Shown: positions 1 through 9,745 of the stretch, piece by piece
How the letters are laid out: each line of letters begins with the position of its first letter
How positions within the stretch are numbered: the first letter of the stretch is position 1
Assembly: GCA_036380835.1 (NCBI GenBank)
Contig: DASVDZ010000081.1
Span: forward strand, 18,749 to 82,748
DNA from: Candidatus Eiseniibacteriota bacterium
GTDB lineage: Bacteria > Eisenbacteria > RBG-16-71-46 > SZUA-252
DNA length: 64,000 bases
Direction of reading: 5' to 3'
Made by a program: the position numbers and the translations under genes
The notes under the pieces: model-generated
Told to the model about the DNA's origin: nothing
What the model saw: the letters and a program-made list of their open reading frames with translations, nothing else
Databases searched by the model: none

Positions 1-2197
1 CGAACTTGGTGAAGAGCCGCGCGCGTTGCTCCGGGGCGATTCCCGCGCCCGTGTCCTCGACGACGATCCGCGCCCGCCCCGTTCGCTCGTCCCGGTCGGC
101 ACGGACCCGCACCTCCCCTGTATCGGTGAACTTCACGGCGTTCCCAAGCAGGTTCATCATCACCTGGCGCACGCGCGCCGCGTCGAGGTGCGCCTCGAGG
201 GGCTCCAAAGGCAGGTCCACCAACAGGTTGAGCCCTCGGCTCAGGGCCATCGGGCTGATGGCGTCGACGGCGGACCGGACCGGGCCGCGGAGGTCGCCGG
301 GGCTCACCGTCAGCTCGAAGCGGCCGGCCTCGACCTTCGCCAGGTCGAGGATGTCGTTCAGGAGTCCCAGGAGGTGCTCGGCGCTCCGGCGAATCTGCCC
401 GGCGAACTCCCGCGATTCCTCCTCGGTCTCGTGCGACCCCTGCTCGATCAGCGTGGCGAACCCGATCACCGCGTTGAGCGGCGTCCGAAGCTCGTGCGAC
501 GTGTTGGCCACGAACTCGTTCTGCATCCGGCGCGCCTCCTCCAGATCCTCGTTCGCGCGCTGCAGTTGATCGTTCAGGAGCGCGAGCTCCTGCGTCCGAT
601 TGGCGATCTCGATCTCGCGCTCGCGCCGCTCGGCCACGTCGTGCCCGACCAGCACCATCGCGTTTCGGGCCCCGGCGCGGTCGTACGTCGGGGAGATGCG
701 GACCTCGGCGGGGAAGCGACCCCCCTTCGGCCGGACGAACCAGATCTCCCCGGAGAACTCCCCGGATTCACCGGCGCGCATCCAGGGCGGGGCGCCCCCG
801 GGGTCCACCGCGACGATCGCCTCGAGGCGCTGTCCGATCAGGGTGCCTTCGGCGACGCCGAGCGCCGCCTGCGCGGCCGGATTCGCGTGCGTGATGCCAA
901 AGTCGGGGTCGAGTCCGAGCAGGATCTCCCCCGTGCCCATCGTGAAGGAGGCGAGCATCTGGTCGCGCCGCTCCATGCGGATCCGCTTCAAGCCGACCGA
1001 CACCTGAGTCGCCATCCATCGGATCAGGGCCAGGTCCTCCGGCTCGAACCGCCGGGAGCGCGGCACGTAGCACTCGAGGACGCCGATCGTGTCGGATCCG
1101 TCGGTGAGGGGAACCGCGACGATCACGGGGCGGGGGCCGAGCCCCGGCGTGAGCGCCGGAAAGGCGTAGTCGGGGAGCGCCGCCGGGTCGCGGACGATCA
1201 CCACCTCGCGGTGCCAGGCGGCGCGGGCGGCCGGGGAGCGGGCGTCGCGGGCGATCGCGTCGGGACGGATCTCGGACCGGGCCTCCTCCGGAAGCTCGCG
1301 GACGGCGAAGAGCGCGAGCCGGCCGTCGCGCGGGTCGCGTAGGAACATCGCCCAGTGCGCGATGCTGCTCCCCTCGGCGATCGCGTCGAGGGCGCAGCGC
1401 ACGAGATCCTCGTCCTTCTCGGCGCGGGCGAGGGTGTCGCCGACCCGGTGGATGCTGATCTCCGCCTGCATCGCGCGGACCCGCTCGAGCTCGGCCAGGC
1501 GACGGCGAAACCGGACCGAGCCGATCGCCGCGATCCCGACGATCAGAGCGAGCGCGACGGCGCTCCCGTCTCGGCGCATTTCGGCGAGACCTCGCGTCGT
1601 GGAGGCGGTATCGAGATCGACGCCCGCGATTCCGGTCGTCCCGCCGTCTCGGTCGCGGACGGGCGCGAGCGCTGTCGTGAGGCCGGGGCCCGTCGCGGGA
1701 GCCGACGTCACGGTGGGGGCCTGCCGCGCCTCGAACAGCGGCGCGCCGGTCGTCGAAACGAACACCGCGCCCTCCGCACGGGGCGAGCCAGGGGTCGAGG
1801 AGGCAAGGAGCACCCTCCAGTCGCCCGTCGCGGCGTCGCGCCGGAGCAGGTAGACGGAGCGGATCTCGGGACTCACCTGGCGGAGCGTCAGGAGGCGCTC
1901 CCCCAGCTCGCGTCGCGCCACCGGGTCGAGCGCCTCGCCGGCCGCGGGAAGTCCCGGCTCCTCGTTCCTCACGGTCGCGGCGATCGATTTCGCGAGCTCG
2001 AGGGCGTGGCTCTGACGTTCGCGCTCGATCCCGAGGCCCGCGCGCTCGGTGAACAGCCAGACGGTCCCGAGCGTCAGGAGGACGCCGAGGGAGACCCCGA
2101 CGGCGTACCGGATCGCGATCCAACGGCGGAGCGCCTGGCGGCTGAGCCCGGTCGGCGGAAAGGAGCGCCGCGGGACGACGGATTCGAGGAAACCCAA
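1..2197 (-). CDS. Sensor histidine kinase, C-terminally truncated by the window edge. It has an N-terminal TM segment, a periplasmic region, GAF/PAS-like segments, HisKA and the start of HATPase_c.
   Basis: Reverse-strand translation reads ...NTSHELRTPLNAVIGFATLIE... (H-box), ...NLLGNAVKFT... (N-box) and VEDTGAGIAPEQ (G1 box) running off position 1. A TM helix WIAIRYAVGVSLGVLLTLGTVWLF lies near the N-terminus. The most plausible start is TTG at 2197; an alternative TTG near 2323 would collide with the divergent gene. The track does not list it because no stop lies inside the window. Confidence 0.8.
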   Translation of the reverse strand, partial: MGFLESVVPRRSFPPTGLSRQALRRWIAIRYAVGVSLGVLLTLGTVWLFTERAGLGIERERQSHALELAKSIAATVRNEEPGLPAAGEALDPVARRELGERLLTLRQVSPEIRSVYLLRRDAATGDWRVLLASSTPGSPRAEGAVFVSTTGAPLFEARQAPTVTSAPATGPGLTTALAPVRDRDGGTTGIAGVDLDTASTTRGLAEMRRDGSAVALALIVGIAAIGSVRFRRRLAELERVRAMQAEISIHRVGDTLARAEKDEDLVRCALDAIAEGSSIAHWAMFLRDPRDGRLALFAVRELPEEARSEIRPDAIARDARSPAARAAWHREVVIVRDPAALPDYAFPALTPGLGPRPVIVAVPLTDGSDTIGVLECYVPRSRRFEPEDLALIRWMATQVSVGLKRIRMERRDQMLASFTMGTGEILLGLDPDFGITHANPAAQAALGVAEGTLIGQRLEAIVAVDPGGAPPWMRAGESGEFSGEIWFVRPKGGRFPAEVRISPTYDRAGARNAMVLVGHDVAERREREIEIANRTQELALLNDQLQRANEDLEEARRMQNEFVANTSHELRTPLNAVIGFATLIEQGSHETEEESREFAGQIRRSAEHLLGLLNDILDLAKVEAGRFELTVSPGDLRGPVRSAVDAISPMALSRGLNLLVDLPLEPLEAHLDAARVRQVMMNLLGNAVKFTDTGEVRVRADRDERTGRARIVVEDTGAGIAPEQRARLFTKF

Positions 2198-2342
2198 GAC
2201 GACTCCCTGTTGGAGGAGATCCGATTGGTGCGCTCGGGAGATATCGGCAGGTCGGCGATGGAACTGGAGCCCGGAACCCCGGGTAGAGCGAGGAGACGTC
2301 TCGTCTAGCGTTTGCAACCACAAGGGATTATCATCAGCGGCC

Positions 2343-3533
2343 GTGCGCCACCCCCGTTTCCCCGAGATCCTGCTCGTCGTCTCCATCGCCGCGGCCCTGA
2401 CGGGCTGCGCGCAGCGCGCCGAGCGCCTGGTCGGAAACGAGCGGCTGATCCGTGGCGCGGGGGGCCTCGGAAGCACGCTTCGCGCCTACGGCCCCCTCGA
2501 TCGCGACACCTACGTCGCCGCCGACACGGCCGACCGTGGGAACACCCTGATCGTCGGCGTCGAGGGCGCCTTCGAGGCCCGCGTCCTGATGAGAGCCGGC
2601 CGCATCGTTCTCCCCGATACCAACGACGTCTCCGTCTCGATCGACTCGATGTTCCTCGACATGCAGTTCGATGGGGGGATCGACATCCCCAGCACCACCC
2701 TCCAGCTCTCGTCCGCGTCGGCGGCGTACGACTCGATGAACGTGACCTGGCCCGGCCCCGGGCTCGGGGCCGTCATGGGCCAGTCCGACCCGAGCGGCCA
2801 GATCGGGACCTACAAGATCGGGCTCGGAAACGCGGCGGCGTTCGGATTCTTCAAGGCGTGGGCGAACGATTCCACGCTCGTCCCGGCCCTCGTGCTGCGC
2901 GGCCTGAACCCGGGCGTCGCCGGATTCCGTGCGGGGACGGGCCGCATCCGGATCGCGTACCACCATCTCGTCTCGGGGGTGTCCGCGCCCGACACGGTGA
3001 ACACGCCGATCGCCTCCGACCTCTTCATCCACTCGCCGCTCTCGCCGGCGCCCACGGGGACCGACGCGACGCTGATCCTGGGGGGGCGGTACGAACCCGG
3101 GCTCGCGCTCCACTTCCCGGTCGGGACGTTCTCGGAGGGATTCTCGATCAACGAAGCGCGCGTGGTCCTTCGGATCGACACGGCGACGATGCAGTTCTTC
3201 GGGACCCACGATTCCGTGAACGTCGAGGTCCACCGGATCGGGAACGCGTGGCCGGAGGGGGTGTTCGACGCCCGCGATCTCGGCGCCGACCAAGCCGCGC
3301 TTGGCGTCGTGGCGAACTTCCGAGTGCGGGCCTCGAGCGACTCGCTCCTCATCGTGCCGGTGCCCACGGCGCTCGTCCGCGAATGGTCCGCGACGCCCTC
3401 GTCGAACAACGGCATCCTGCTCCGGATCGGCGAGTCGTTCCGGTGGCCGGAGCTCCATGTCTTCTCGCGCGAATCGTCCCGCCCGCCGGAGCTCTGGGTG
3501 AGCACCACCAGCCCGCCTCCGGGGAGGTTCTGA
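2343..3533 (+). CDS. Hypothetical lipoprotein
   Basis: GTG start in frame with ORF 2049..3533. The signal peptide ends in the lipobox LTGC (VRHPRFPEILLVVSIAAALTGCAQ). Composition is ordinary and I recognise no family. The stop lies 4 nt before the next gene. Confidence 0.55.
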   Translation: MRHPRFPEILLVVSIAAALTGCAQRAERLVGNERLIRGAGGLGSTLRAYGPLDRDTYVAADTADRGNTLIVGVEGAFEARVLMRAGRIVLPDTNDVSVSIDSMFLDMQFDGGIDIPSTTLQLSSASAAYDSMNVTWPGPGLGAVMGQSDPSGQIGTYKIGLGNAAAFGFFKAWANDSTLVPALVLRGLNPGVAGFRAGTGRIRIAYHHLVSGVSAPDTVNTPIASDLFIHSPLSPAPTGTDATLILGGRYEPGLALHFPVGTFSEGFSINEARVVLRIDTATMQFFGTHDSVNVEVHRIGNAWPEGVFDARDLGADQAALGVVANFRVRASSDSLLIVPVPTALVREWSATPSSNNGILLRIGESFRWPELHVFSRESSRPPELWVSTTSPPPGRF

Positions 3534-3537
3534 GGAA

Positions 3538-4785
3538 ATGCGCCGTCTCCTGATCGCCGCGCTCGTCGCGGCGCCGCTCCTGGGCGCGACGCCGTCCTTC
3601 CTGCCCGCGCCGGGGATCCCGGCGGCGCGCGCCAACTCGGTCTTCGCTCCGGGGGGGCTGGGCGAGCCCTCGCTGGAGGAAAGCGCTCGGATCCGCGCCC
3701 TCGGCGGCGCGGGCGCGGCCGAGCACGGACCCCAGTCGTTCTCGCTGGTCAACCCGGCCAGCATCGCCGAGGTCGAGCACCTGATCATCGAGGGGACCGT
3801 CCTCCCGACCTACCGCCGGATCCAGACGGCCGACATCGGCACGGAGACCGCGCGCGAGACCGCGTTCCCCTCCGCGCGCGCGCTGATCCGGCTTCCGGGC
3901 CGGCTCGTCCTCGGCGGGGCCTACCTCGTCGGGACGAGCGCCCGCTTCAGGATCGATCGCGCCGAGAACGCCGGCACGCCGTCCACGCTCCGGATCGACG
4001 GAACGGGGGGCATGGACCTGATCCGCCTGAGCCTGGCGCGGCGCCTGAGCCCGACGATCAACGCCGGGCTCGACTACGAGATCGTGGCGGGGAGCTTCCG
4101 CGAGGAGTGGCGGCGCGAGTTCGCCGACACGGCGCTCGCCCTGACGCGCGACACGCTCGAGACCTCATACACGCAGCGGGGACGGCTCCGGCTCGGGATC
4201 CAGGCGATCCGAGGCGACTGGACCCTGGGCGCCGTCTACGAGACGCCGCGGGACCTGCCGCTCCAGGAGACCCAGCGCACCGCGGGGAGCCGGGTGAGCG
4301 GACCGGCCGGGACGCTTCGCATCCCCTCCGGGTACACCGTCGGCCTTTCGGCGCCGATCTCGGAACGATTGCGGGCGGTGGGGCAGTATCGCCGGGCCAA
4401 CTGGAGCCGCTCCTCCCTCGCGAGCGACCTCGTCGACTTTCGCGCCATGCGCCGCATCTCCCTTGGCCTCGAGCGGCGGCGCGCCTCGATCGCGGGGATC
4501 CGCGCCGGGCTCCTCGACCGCGTGCCGCTTCGCGTCGGAGCGACGTTCCTCCGCTGGCCCGATCTGCTCCCGGTGGCGGGAGCGAGCGACATCTCCGGGG
4601 GCGTCGCCGGCGTCGACGAGTGGGCGGTCTCGGTGGGAACGGGCCTTCAGACCCAGGATCGCGGGGGCGCCATCGACTTCTCGCTCGAAGCGGGCTCGCG
4701 CGGGAGCCGCGATCGGCTCGGCGCGAGCGAGCGCTTCATCCGGCTCGGTATCTCGCTACGGGTGAGCGACGATACCTGGAAGTGA
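3538..4785 (+). CDS. Putative secreted or outer-membrane beta-barrel-like protein
   Basis: GAGGA RBS then ATG. N-terminal signal peptide MRRLLIAALVAAPLLGA. Alternating amphipathic stretches and a C-terminal ...SLRVSDDTWK with a penultimate aromatic residue. The family call is inference only. Confidence 0.5.
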   Translation: MRRLLIAALVAAPLLGATPSFLPAPGIPAARANSVFAPGGLGEPSLEESARIRALGGAGAAEHGPQSFSLVNPASIAEVEHLIIEGTVLPTYRRIQTADIGTETARETAFPSARALIRLPGRLVLGGAYLVGTSARFRIDRAENAGTPSTLRIDGTGGMDLIRLSLARRLSPTINAGLDYEIVAGSFREEWRREFADTALALTRDTLETSYTQRGRLRLGIQAIRGDWTLGAVYETPRDLPLQETQRTAGSRVSGPAGTLRIPSGYTVGLSAPISERLRAVGQYRRANWSRSSLASDLVDFRAMRRISLGLERRRASIAGIRAGLLDRVPLRVGATFLRWPDLLPVAGASDISGGVAGVDEWAVSVGTGLQTQDRGGAIDFSLEAGSRGSRDRLGASERFIRLGISLRVSDDTWK

Positions 4786-6885
4786 CGGCCTCGCGTCGAC
4801 GGCGACCCGGCGCTCCCGGCGCGCCGGCGCCGGCTCGCCGCACCGCTCGCACCGCGTGAGGGTCCGCGCCCGCTCCACGTAGTCCGCGACCGTCGCGACG
4901 AACCACGCGTGCGCCCCGAGCGAGGGGGACGCGCTCACCGTTCCCCCGCCGTACGGATGGAGCTGCTCCGGAAGGCAGCCCGCCCCCTCCGCCCGCGCCG
5001 CCGCCCAGAGGAGAAGGATCCGCGCCCCGGCGAGGTCCTGCAGGCTCCGCGCCGAGCGGATCGAGTGCTGCGCGAGCCAGAGCGTGGCCGCGATCCAGGG
5101 GTTCCCCGGCACTTCCGCGAGGTCGCTCCCGATCGAGCCGAGCGCGTCTCGCTCGTAGCGCGCGAGCCCGCCGACGCCGGTCCGGACCCAGAGTCGCGCC
5201 TTCACCGCGTCCACGGTGGCGCGGACGCGCGGGTCCTCGGGCTCGAGATCGTCGAAGAGCCCGAGCCAGAGCAGCGAGGCGTCGAGCGTCGCGTCGACCG
5301 CGCGCGCGTCCCCTTCGCGCGGCGCCGAGCGGACGAAGCGGCCGAGGTCGGGGCGATAGAACTCCCGCACCATCGCGCGCGAGACGAGGTCGGCCGCCAC
5401 GATCCACGAGCGGGCCCGGGCCGACTCGCCGAAGAAGGCGGCGAGACGCGACGCGCCGCGCAACCCGCCGCGCACGGCCGCGGCGACGGAGGCGTGAGCC
5501 CCCCAACGCTCCTCCCAGAGATCGGTCGAGAGCGGAAGGCCCGTGCGCGCGTCGAGCGCCGCGGCGAGGCGGTCGGCGGCGGGCGCCATCACGTCGAGGA
5601 AGAGGGGCGCCATGAACTCGGCGTCCCGTTCCCGCTCGAAGTGGCGCGCGGCGGCCCACAGATGGAGCGCTACGCCGTCGAGCGCGCGGCGGGAGCGGTC
5701 GGCGGCCGGGGCGGGGGAGCCCGCCGCGTCGAGCACCGGCACGAGCTCGCCCGCCTCCAGCGCCGCGCGGCCGGCGAACGAGAGGTAGCGCCGCGTCGCG
5801 GCCGGATAGCCCGCCCGTCCGAGCGCGTCGGCGGCGATCGAGGCGTCGCGGAGCCAGCACCAGCGGTATTCGGGGCGCGCCGCCGGCCCCGACGGAGGCT
5901 CGACGCCCGAGAGGATCGCGCCGTCCGGCGTCTGGTGGAGCCGGAGCGTGACGAGGCTCTTCGTGTAGAGGGCGTTCACGTCCTCGGGCAGGTCGGCCCG
6001 ATCGCGCGCTCCGTGGCTCGCCCAGACGTTCCAGTACGAGCGCGTGCGCGTGGTCAGAGCCGCGATCCCGCTCCGCCTGAACGCGGCGTCGACGTCGCGC
6101 GCCTCGGGGATCGTGCGCGCCGCGGCGATCGACGCGGTCACCATGGCGGCGGCCCCCGGGGCGAGCGGGATGGGAACGCCGATGACCGAATCGACGATGC
6201 CGCTCGCCTCGGCGGCGCCCTGGATCCGGCCCTGGGCCGCCTCCTCCGCGGTTCCCGGCGCTTCCTCGGAGGCACGCGCGGCGGCGGCGGCGAAGACGAT
6301 GCCGGGGCCGTCCGGTCCATCGAGATTCAGGAGCAGCGCACGGCGGCCGGCGTGGTGGATCAATCCGCCGCTCGCCGCGTCGCGCAGGGCGGCCTCGCCC
6401 GTGCTCGGCGTGCCGGGCGCGAGCCTCAGGTCGTGGTGCAGGAGGAGCCGCGCGTCGCGGAAGCGGTCGCCGCGGTTCGTCACCTGGATCCGCCGCGCGA
6501 GGAGGGGGAGGCGGCTCAAGACGAGCGACTCGACCCAGACCTCGAGGCCCCAATCGGGCGCGATCAGGGAGAAGTCGGCGATCGGCGCGTCGCCCATGTG
6601 GCCCGCGGTCGAGTGAAACCCTTCGGACAGCCACCGGAACACGCCGTCCACCACGAGCGCGATCCGCGCGGGGCGGCGGAGGAGCTGATGGTCGGGAGCG
6701 AGGTGGGGCGCGTAGAGCTCGTGCAGGGCCGCCGCGCGGTCCCCGGTCGCGAGGATGGTTCCGTTTCCGATCACGAACGCGCGCGACAGACGATCCTCCT
6801 TGGAATCCCGCTCCAACTTCGATGCCGCCGGGCCGCACGCTACCAGACGCGCTCGACCGCGGTCAACGGCTCCCCCGCGAACCAA
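4756..6885 (-). CDS. Glycoside hydrolase family 15-like protein (glucoamylase/trehalase superfamily)
   Basis: N-terminal VIGNGTILATG and the central EYRWCWLRDAS (WxRD) motif are typical of GH15 from memory. The start is uncertain because there is no good RBS. It overlaps the convergent gene by 30 nt at 4756-4785. Confidence 0.6.
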   Translation of the reverse strand: MVRGGAVDRGRARLVACGPAASKLERDSKEDRLSRAFVIGNGTILATGDRAAALHELYAPHLAPDHQLLRRPARIALVVDGVFRWLSEGFHSTAGHMGDAPIADFSLIAPDWGLEVWVESLVLSRLPLLARRIQVTNRGDRFRDARLLLHHDLRLAPGTPSTGEAALRDAASGGLIHHAGRRALLLNLDGPDGPGIVFAAAAARASEEAPGTAEEAAQGRIQGAAEASGIVDSVIGVPIPLAPGAAAMVTASIAAARTIPEARDVDAAFRRSGIAALTTRTRSYWNVWASHGARDRADLPEDVNALYTKSLVTLRLHQTPDGAILSGVEPPSGPAARPEYRWCWLRDASIAADALGRAGYPAATRRYLSFAGRAALEAGELVPVLDAAGSPAPAADRSRRALDGVALHLWAAARHFERERDAEFMAPLFLDVMAPAADRLAAALDARTGLPLSTDLWEERWGAHASVAAAVRGGLRGASRLAAFFGESARARSWIVAADLVSRAMVREFYRPDLGRFVRSAPREGDARAVDATLDASLLWLGLFDDLEPEDPRVRATVDAVKARLWVRTGVGGLARYERDALGSIGSDLAEVPGNPWIAATLWLAQHSIRSARSLQDLAGARILLLWAAARAEGAGCLPEQLHPYGGGTVSASPSLGAHAWFVATVADYVERARTLTRCERCGEPAPARRERRVAVDARPSLPGIVAHP

Positions 6886-6935
6886 CGGAGATGTCGATTG
6901 ACACGCGTCACCCCCGCGTTACGATCTACCCCCGC

Positions 6936-8417
6936 ATGCATTCAACCTTGGACGTTCTGCCGGCGTCGGTCCGAGACGCGCTGCTCGCCGTCCATCTGCT
7001 GGTCTGGGCCGTCCTCGCCGTCTTCGGCCTCCATCGGCTCCATCTGATCCGGCTCTACAAGCGGCGCCGCCGCGATGTCGCGCGTCCGGTGCCTCCCGAC
7101 GAGTGGCCGCGCGTGACGATCCAACTCCCGGTCTACAACGAGCGATACGTGGTCGAGCGCCTGCTCGAGGCGGCGGCCGCCATGGACTACCCCGCCGCGC
7201 GACTGGAGATCCAGCTTCTCGACGATTCCATGGACGAGACCGTGGCGATCGCCGCCGCGAAGGTCGCGGCGCTCCGGGCGCGCGGACTCGACGTGGCGCA
7301 CGTCCGCCGCCCCACGCGCGCGGGTTTCAAGGCGGGCGCCCTCCAGTACGGGCTCGAGCGCGCGAAAGGGGACCTCGTGGCGATCTTCGACGCGGACTTC
7401 GTGCCGCCCCCGACGTTCCTGCGCGACCTGGTCCCCTACTTCTCGTCGCCCGACGTCGGCATGGTCCAGGCGCGGTGGCGCCACCTGAATCAGGACTACT
7501 CCATGCTGGCGCAGGCCCAGGCGATCTCGCTCGACGGCCACTTCGTGATCGAGCACGCGGCGCGGATGGCGGGCGGGCGATTCTTCAACTTCAACGGCAC
7601 CGCCGGAATCCTGCGCCGGGCGTGCATCGTCGACGCCGGCGGATGGCAGGCGGACACGCTGACGGAGGATCTCGACCTCTCCTATCGCGCGCAGATGAAG
7701 GGCTGGCGCTTCGTGTTCGCGCCGGAGGTCGGCTGCCCCTCGGAGCTCCCGGTCGAGATGAACGCCTTCAAGGCGCAGCAGCACCGCTGGGTCAAGGGCT
7801 CGATCCAGGTGGCGCGGAAGATCCTCCCCGGCCTCTGGCGCTCGTCCCTTCCGCTCGCGATCAAGGTGGAGGCGACGTTCCACCTCACGTACAACGTGGC
7901 GTACGTGTTCCTTCTCCTGCTCTCCGCGATCGTCTATCCGGTGGTCCTCGCGCGGTACGAGAGCCGGAGCCTCCTCTTCACGGCGGTCGACGCCGTGCTC
8001 TTCCTCACGGCGACCTTCTCCGTGCTCTACTACTTCGCCACGGCGCAGCGCGAGTCGCGATCCGACTGGCGCGCCCAGCTCCGCTACGTTCCGTTCGCGA
8101 TGTCGCTCGGGATCGGGCTCGCCGTCAACAACTCGCGCGCCGTGCTCGAGGCGATCTTCGGATCGCGCGGCGACTTCCTCCGCACGCCCAAGTTCCGGAT
8201 CGAGGGGCGGACGGATCGTTGGCGGGGGAAGCGTTACCGCTCGGCCGTCAGCGGCTGGGCTCTGGTCGAGCTGTCGCTCGGGGCCTACTTCGCGTGGGCG
8301 ATGCTGGCGCTCGTCCACCACCATCTCTTCGCGCCGCTGCCGTTCTTCCTCCTCTATCTATTCGGGTTCCTGTACGTGGGCGGAGTCTCGCTCGTCCACG
8401 CCGTGCGCCGGGCCTGA
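6936..8417 (+). CDS. Processive family-2 glycosyltransferase (cellulose-synthase-like, D,D,D,QxxRW)
   Basis: DDS, DADF, TED and the QQHRW(VKG) motifs are present. A TM hairpin precedes the catalytic domain and several TM helices lie at the C-terminus. Alternative in-frame starts are 6891 and 6822. Confidence 0.8.
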   Translation: MHSTLDVLPASVRDALLAVHLLVWAVLAVFGLHRLHLIRLYKRRRRDVARPVPPDEWPRVTIQLPVYNERYVVERLLEAAAAMDYPAARLEIQLLDDSMDETVAIAAAKVAALRARGLDVAHVRRPTRAGFKAGALQYGLERAKGDLVAIFDADFVPPPTFLRDLVPYFSSPDVGMVQARWRHLNQDYSMLAQAQAISLDGHFVIEHAARMAGGRFFNFNGTAGILRRACIVDAGGWQADTLTEDLDLSYRAQMKGWRFVFAPEVGCPSELPVEMNAFKAQQHRWVKGSIQVARKILPGLWRSSLPLAIKVEATFHLTYNVAYVFLLLLSAIVYPVVLARYESRSLLFTAVDAVLFLTATFSVLYYFATAQRESRSDWRAQLRYVPFAMSLGIGLAVNNSRAVLEAIFGSRGDFLRTPKFRIEGRTDRWRGKRYRSAVSGWALVELSLGAYFAWAMLALVHHHLFAPLPFFLLYLFGFLYVGGVSLVHAVRRA

Positions 8418-9740
8418 CCCGGGCCGGCGTCCCGCTCCCCGAGCCTCGGTCCCGGCCCGGACGCGCCGCGCGCGGCCCGACCGCCGCGCGGCGGCCGCCA
8501 CGATCCACGCCGAGACGAGCCCGCCGTACTCCACCCACGGCATCCACGGCGGGAGCGCCCAGAGGCCCGTCGCGCGGAACGCCGGGAGCGGGAGGTAGGA
8601 GAGCGCCACGAGCCCCGAGAAGAGGAGGAATCCCGCGTCCGGGTGGAGCGGCAGGAGCGCGACGGCGGGCACGAGGTACCACGGAAAGACCGTGGGGCTC
8701 GCCAGGAGGAACGCGATCCAGAGGGCGAGCGTGGCGCCGGTCGCCGTGCGGGCGCGCCAGGCGATGCCGAGCGACGCGGCGGCGAGCGCCACCGCCAGGA
8801 TGAGGCGCGGCGGATCGCCCCGGTGGAAGTGCGGGCGGAGGATCGCGTAGAGCGAGCCGTTCCACTCCCAGTTCCTCGTGTAGGCCTCGAGGCCCCCCCA
8901 GAGCGCGCGCCCGGCGCCGGTAAAGGGAGCGAAGAGGAGCGCGCCCGCGACGGCCGCCACGGCAAGCGTCGCCCACCGCCGGCGGCGCGCGACGGCCGGG
9001 ACGAGGAGGAGCGGGACGTACTTGGTGAGCGCGGCGAGCGCGAACGTTACGCCGGCGCCGATCGAGCGCCCCCGCTCGAGGAGCGCCAGCGAGAGAACGA
9101 GGAACGCCGCCGTGGCGAGGTCGACGTGGCCGCTCCCGTAGCACTCGACGACGACGAGCGGGTTCCAGTAGTAGAGTAGGAGCCGCTCGGCCGGCAATCC
9201 GCGCCGCGCGAGGAGCCACGCGAGCGCCGCGACGAGAAGGGCCTCGAGGAGGAAGAGGAGCCCCTTCCAGGCGCGCGGCGAGGGCTCGACGCGCGCCGCG
9301 GCCCCGAAGAGGAGCTCGGCCGCGGGCGGGTAGACGGTCGGCACGTCGGCATGGTTGAGCTTCGCGAAGAGGCCGTCCCGAAATCGCGCGAGCGCGGGGT
9401 CGCTCGGCGGATGGGGGTAGGGATTGACCCCCGCCGCGACGAGGCGGCCGTCCCAGAGATAGCGGTAGAGATCCTCGGAGAGGGTCGGCGCCGACGGCAG
9501 GAGCAGGAGGCGCGGCACGAGCCCCACGAGGAGCACGAGCCAGAGGCCGCGCGAACGGCCGCCGGTCGCGGCGCCCCCGCGCAGGACGACCCAGGACGCG
9601 GCGAGGTAGAGGGCGTGCGCAGCGCCCCAGACGAGGACGAGCGTCCGGACGTGCCGGCCGAGGTCGCCCGCCCACGAGAGCGACGCGAGGGCGGCCGCGG
9701 CCGGGATGCCGAGAAGGAGGAGCAGCGCTTGTCGATTCAA
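8358..9740 (-). CDS. Polytopic membrane glycosyltransferase-like protein (DUF2029 / GT87-like)
   Basis: At least 10 predicted TM helices. DLYRYLWDGRLVAAGVNPY resembles DUF2029/mannosyltransferase families. The 3' end overlaps the GT2 gene by 60 nt, convergently. Confidence 0.5.
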   Translation of the reverse strand: MNRQALLLLLGIPAAAALASLSWAGDLGRHVRTLVLVWGAAHALYLAASWVVLRGGAATGGRSRGLWLVLLVGLVPRLLLLPSAPTLSEDLYRYLWDGRLVAAGVNPYPHPPSDPALARFRDGLFAKLNHADVPTVYPPAAELLFGAAARVEPSPRAWKGLLFLLEALLVAALAWLLARRGLPAERLLLYYWNPLVVVECYGSGHVDLATAAFLVLSLALLERGRSIGAGVTFALAALTKYVPLLLVPAVARRRRWATLAVAAVAGALLFAPFTGAGRALWGGLEAYTRNWEWNGSLYAILRPHFHRGDPPRLILAVALAAASLGIAWRARTATGATLALWIAFLLASPTVFPWYLVPAVALLPLHPDAGFLLFSGLVALSYLPLPAFRATGLWALPPWMPWVEYGGLVSAWIVAAAARRSGRARRVRAGTEARGAGRRPGSGPAHGVDERDSAHVQEPE

Positions 9741-9745
9741 GGAGC

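Noticed and set aside
768-2321. Long minus-strand ORF (517 aa) and similar Arg/Gly/Pro-rich long ORFs in the track: 4736..6838, 8248..9675, 13574..16240, 19709..21319, 22789..24033, 35408..36985, 37643..40054, 48339..51701, 56999..60184 and 62304..63812.
   Set aside because: The composition is dominated by R, G, P, A and D, with no recognisable motifs, and each lies antisense to or out of frame with a well-supported gene. These are the expected open alternate frames of a 70% GC genome.
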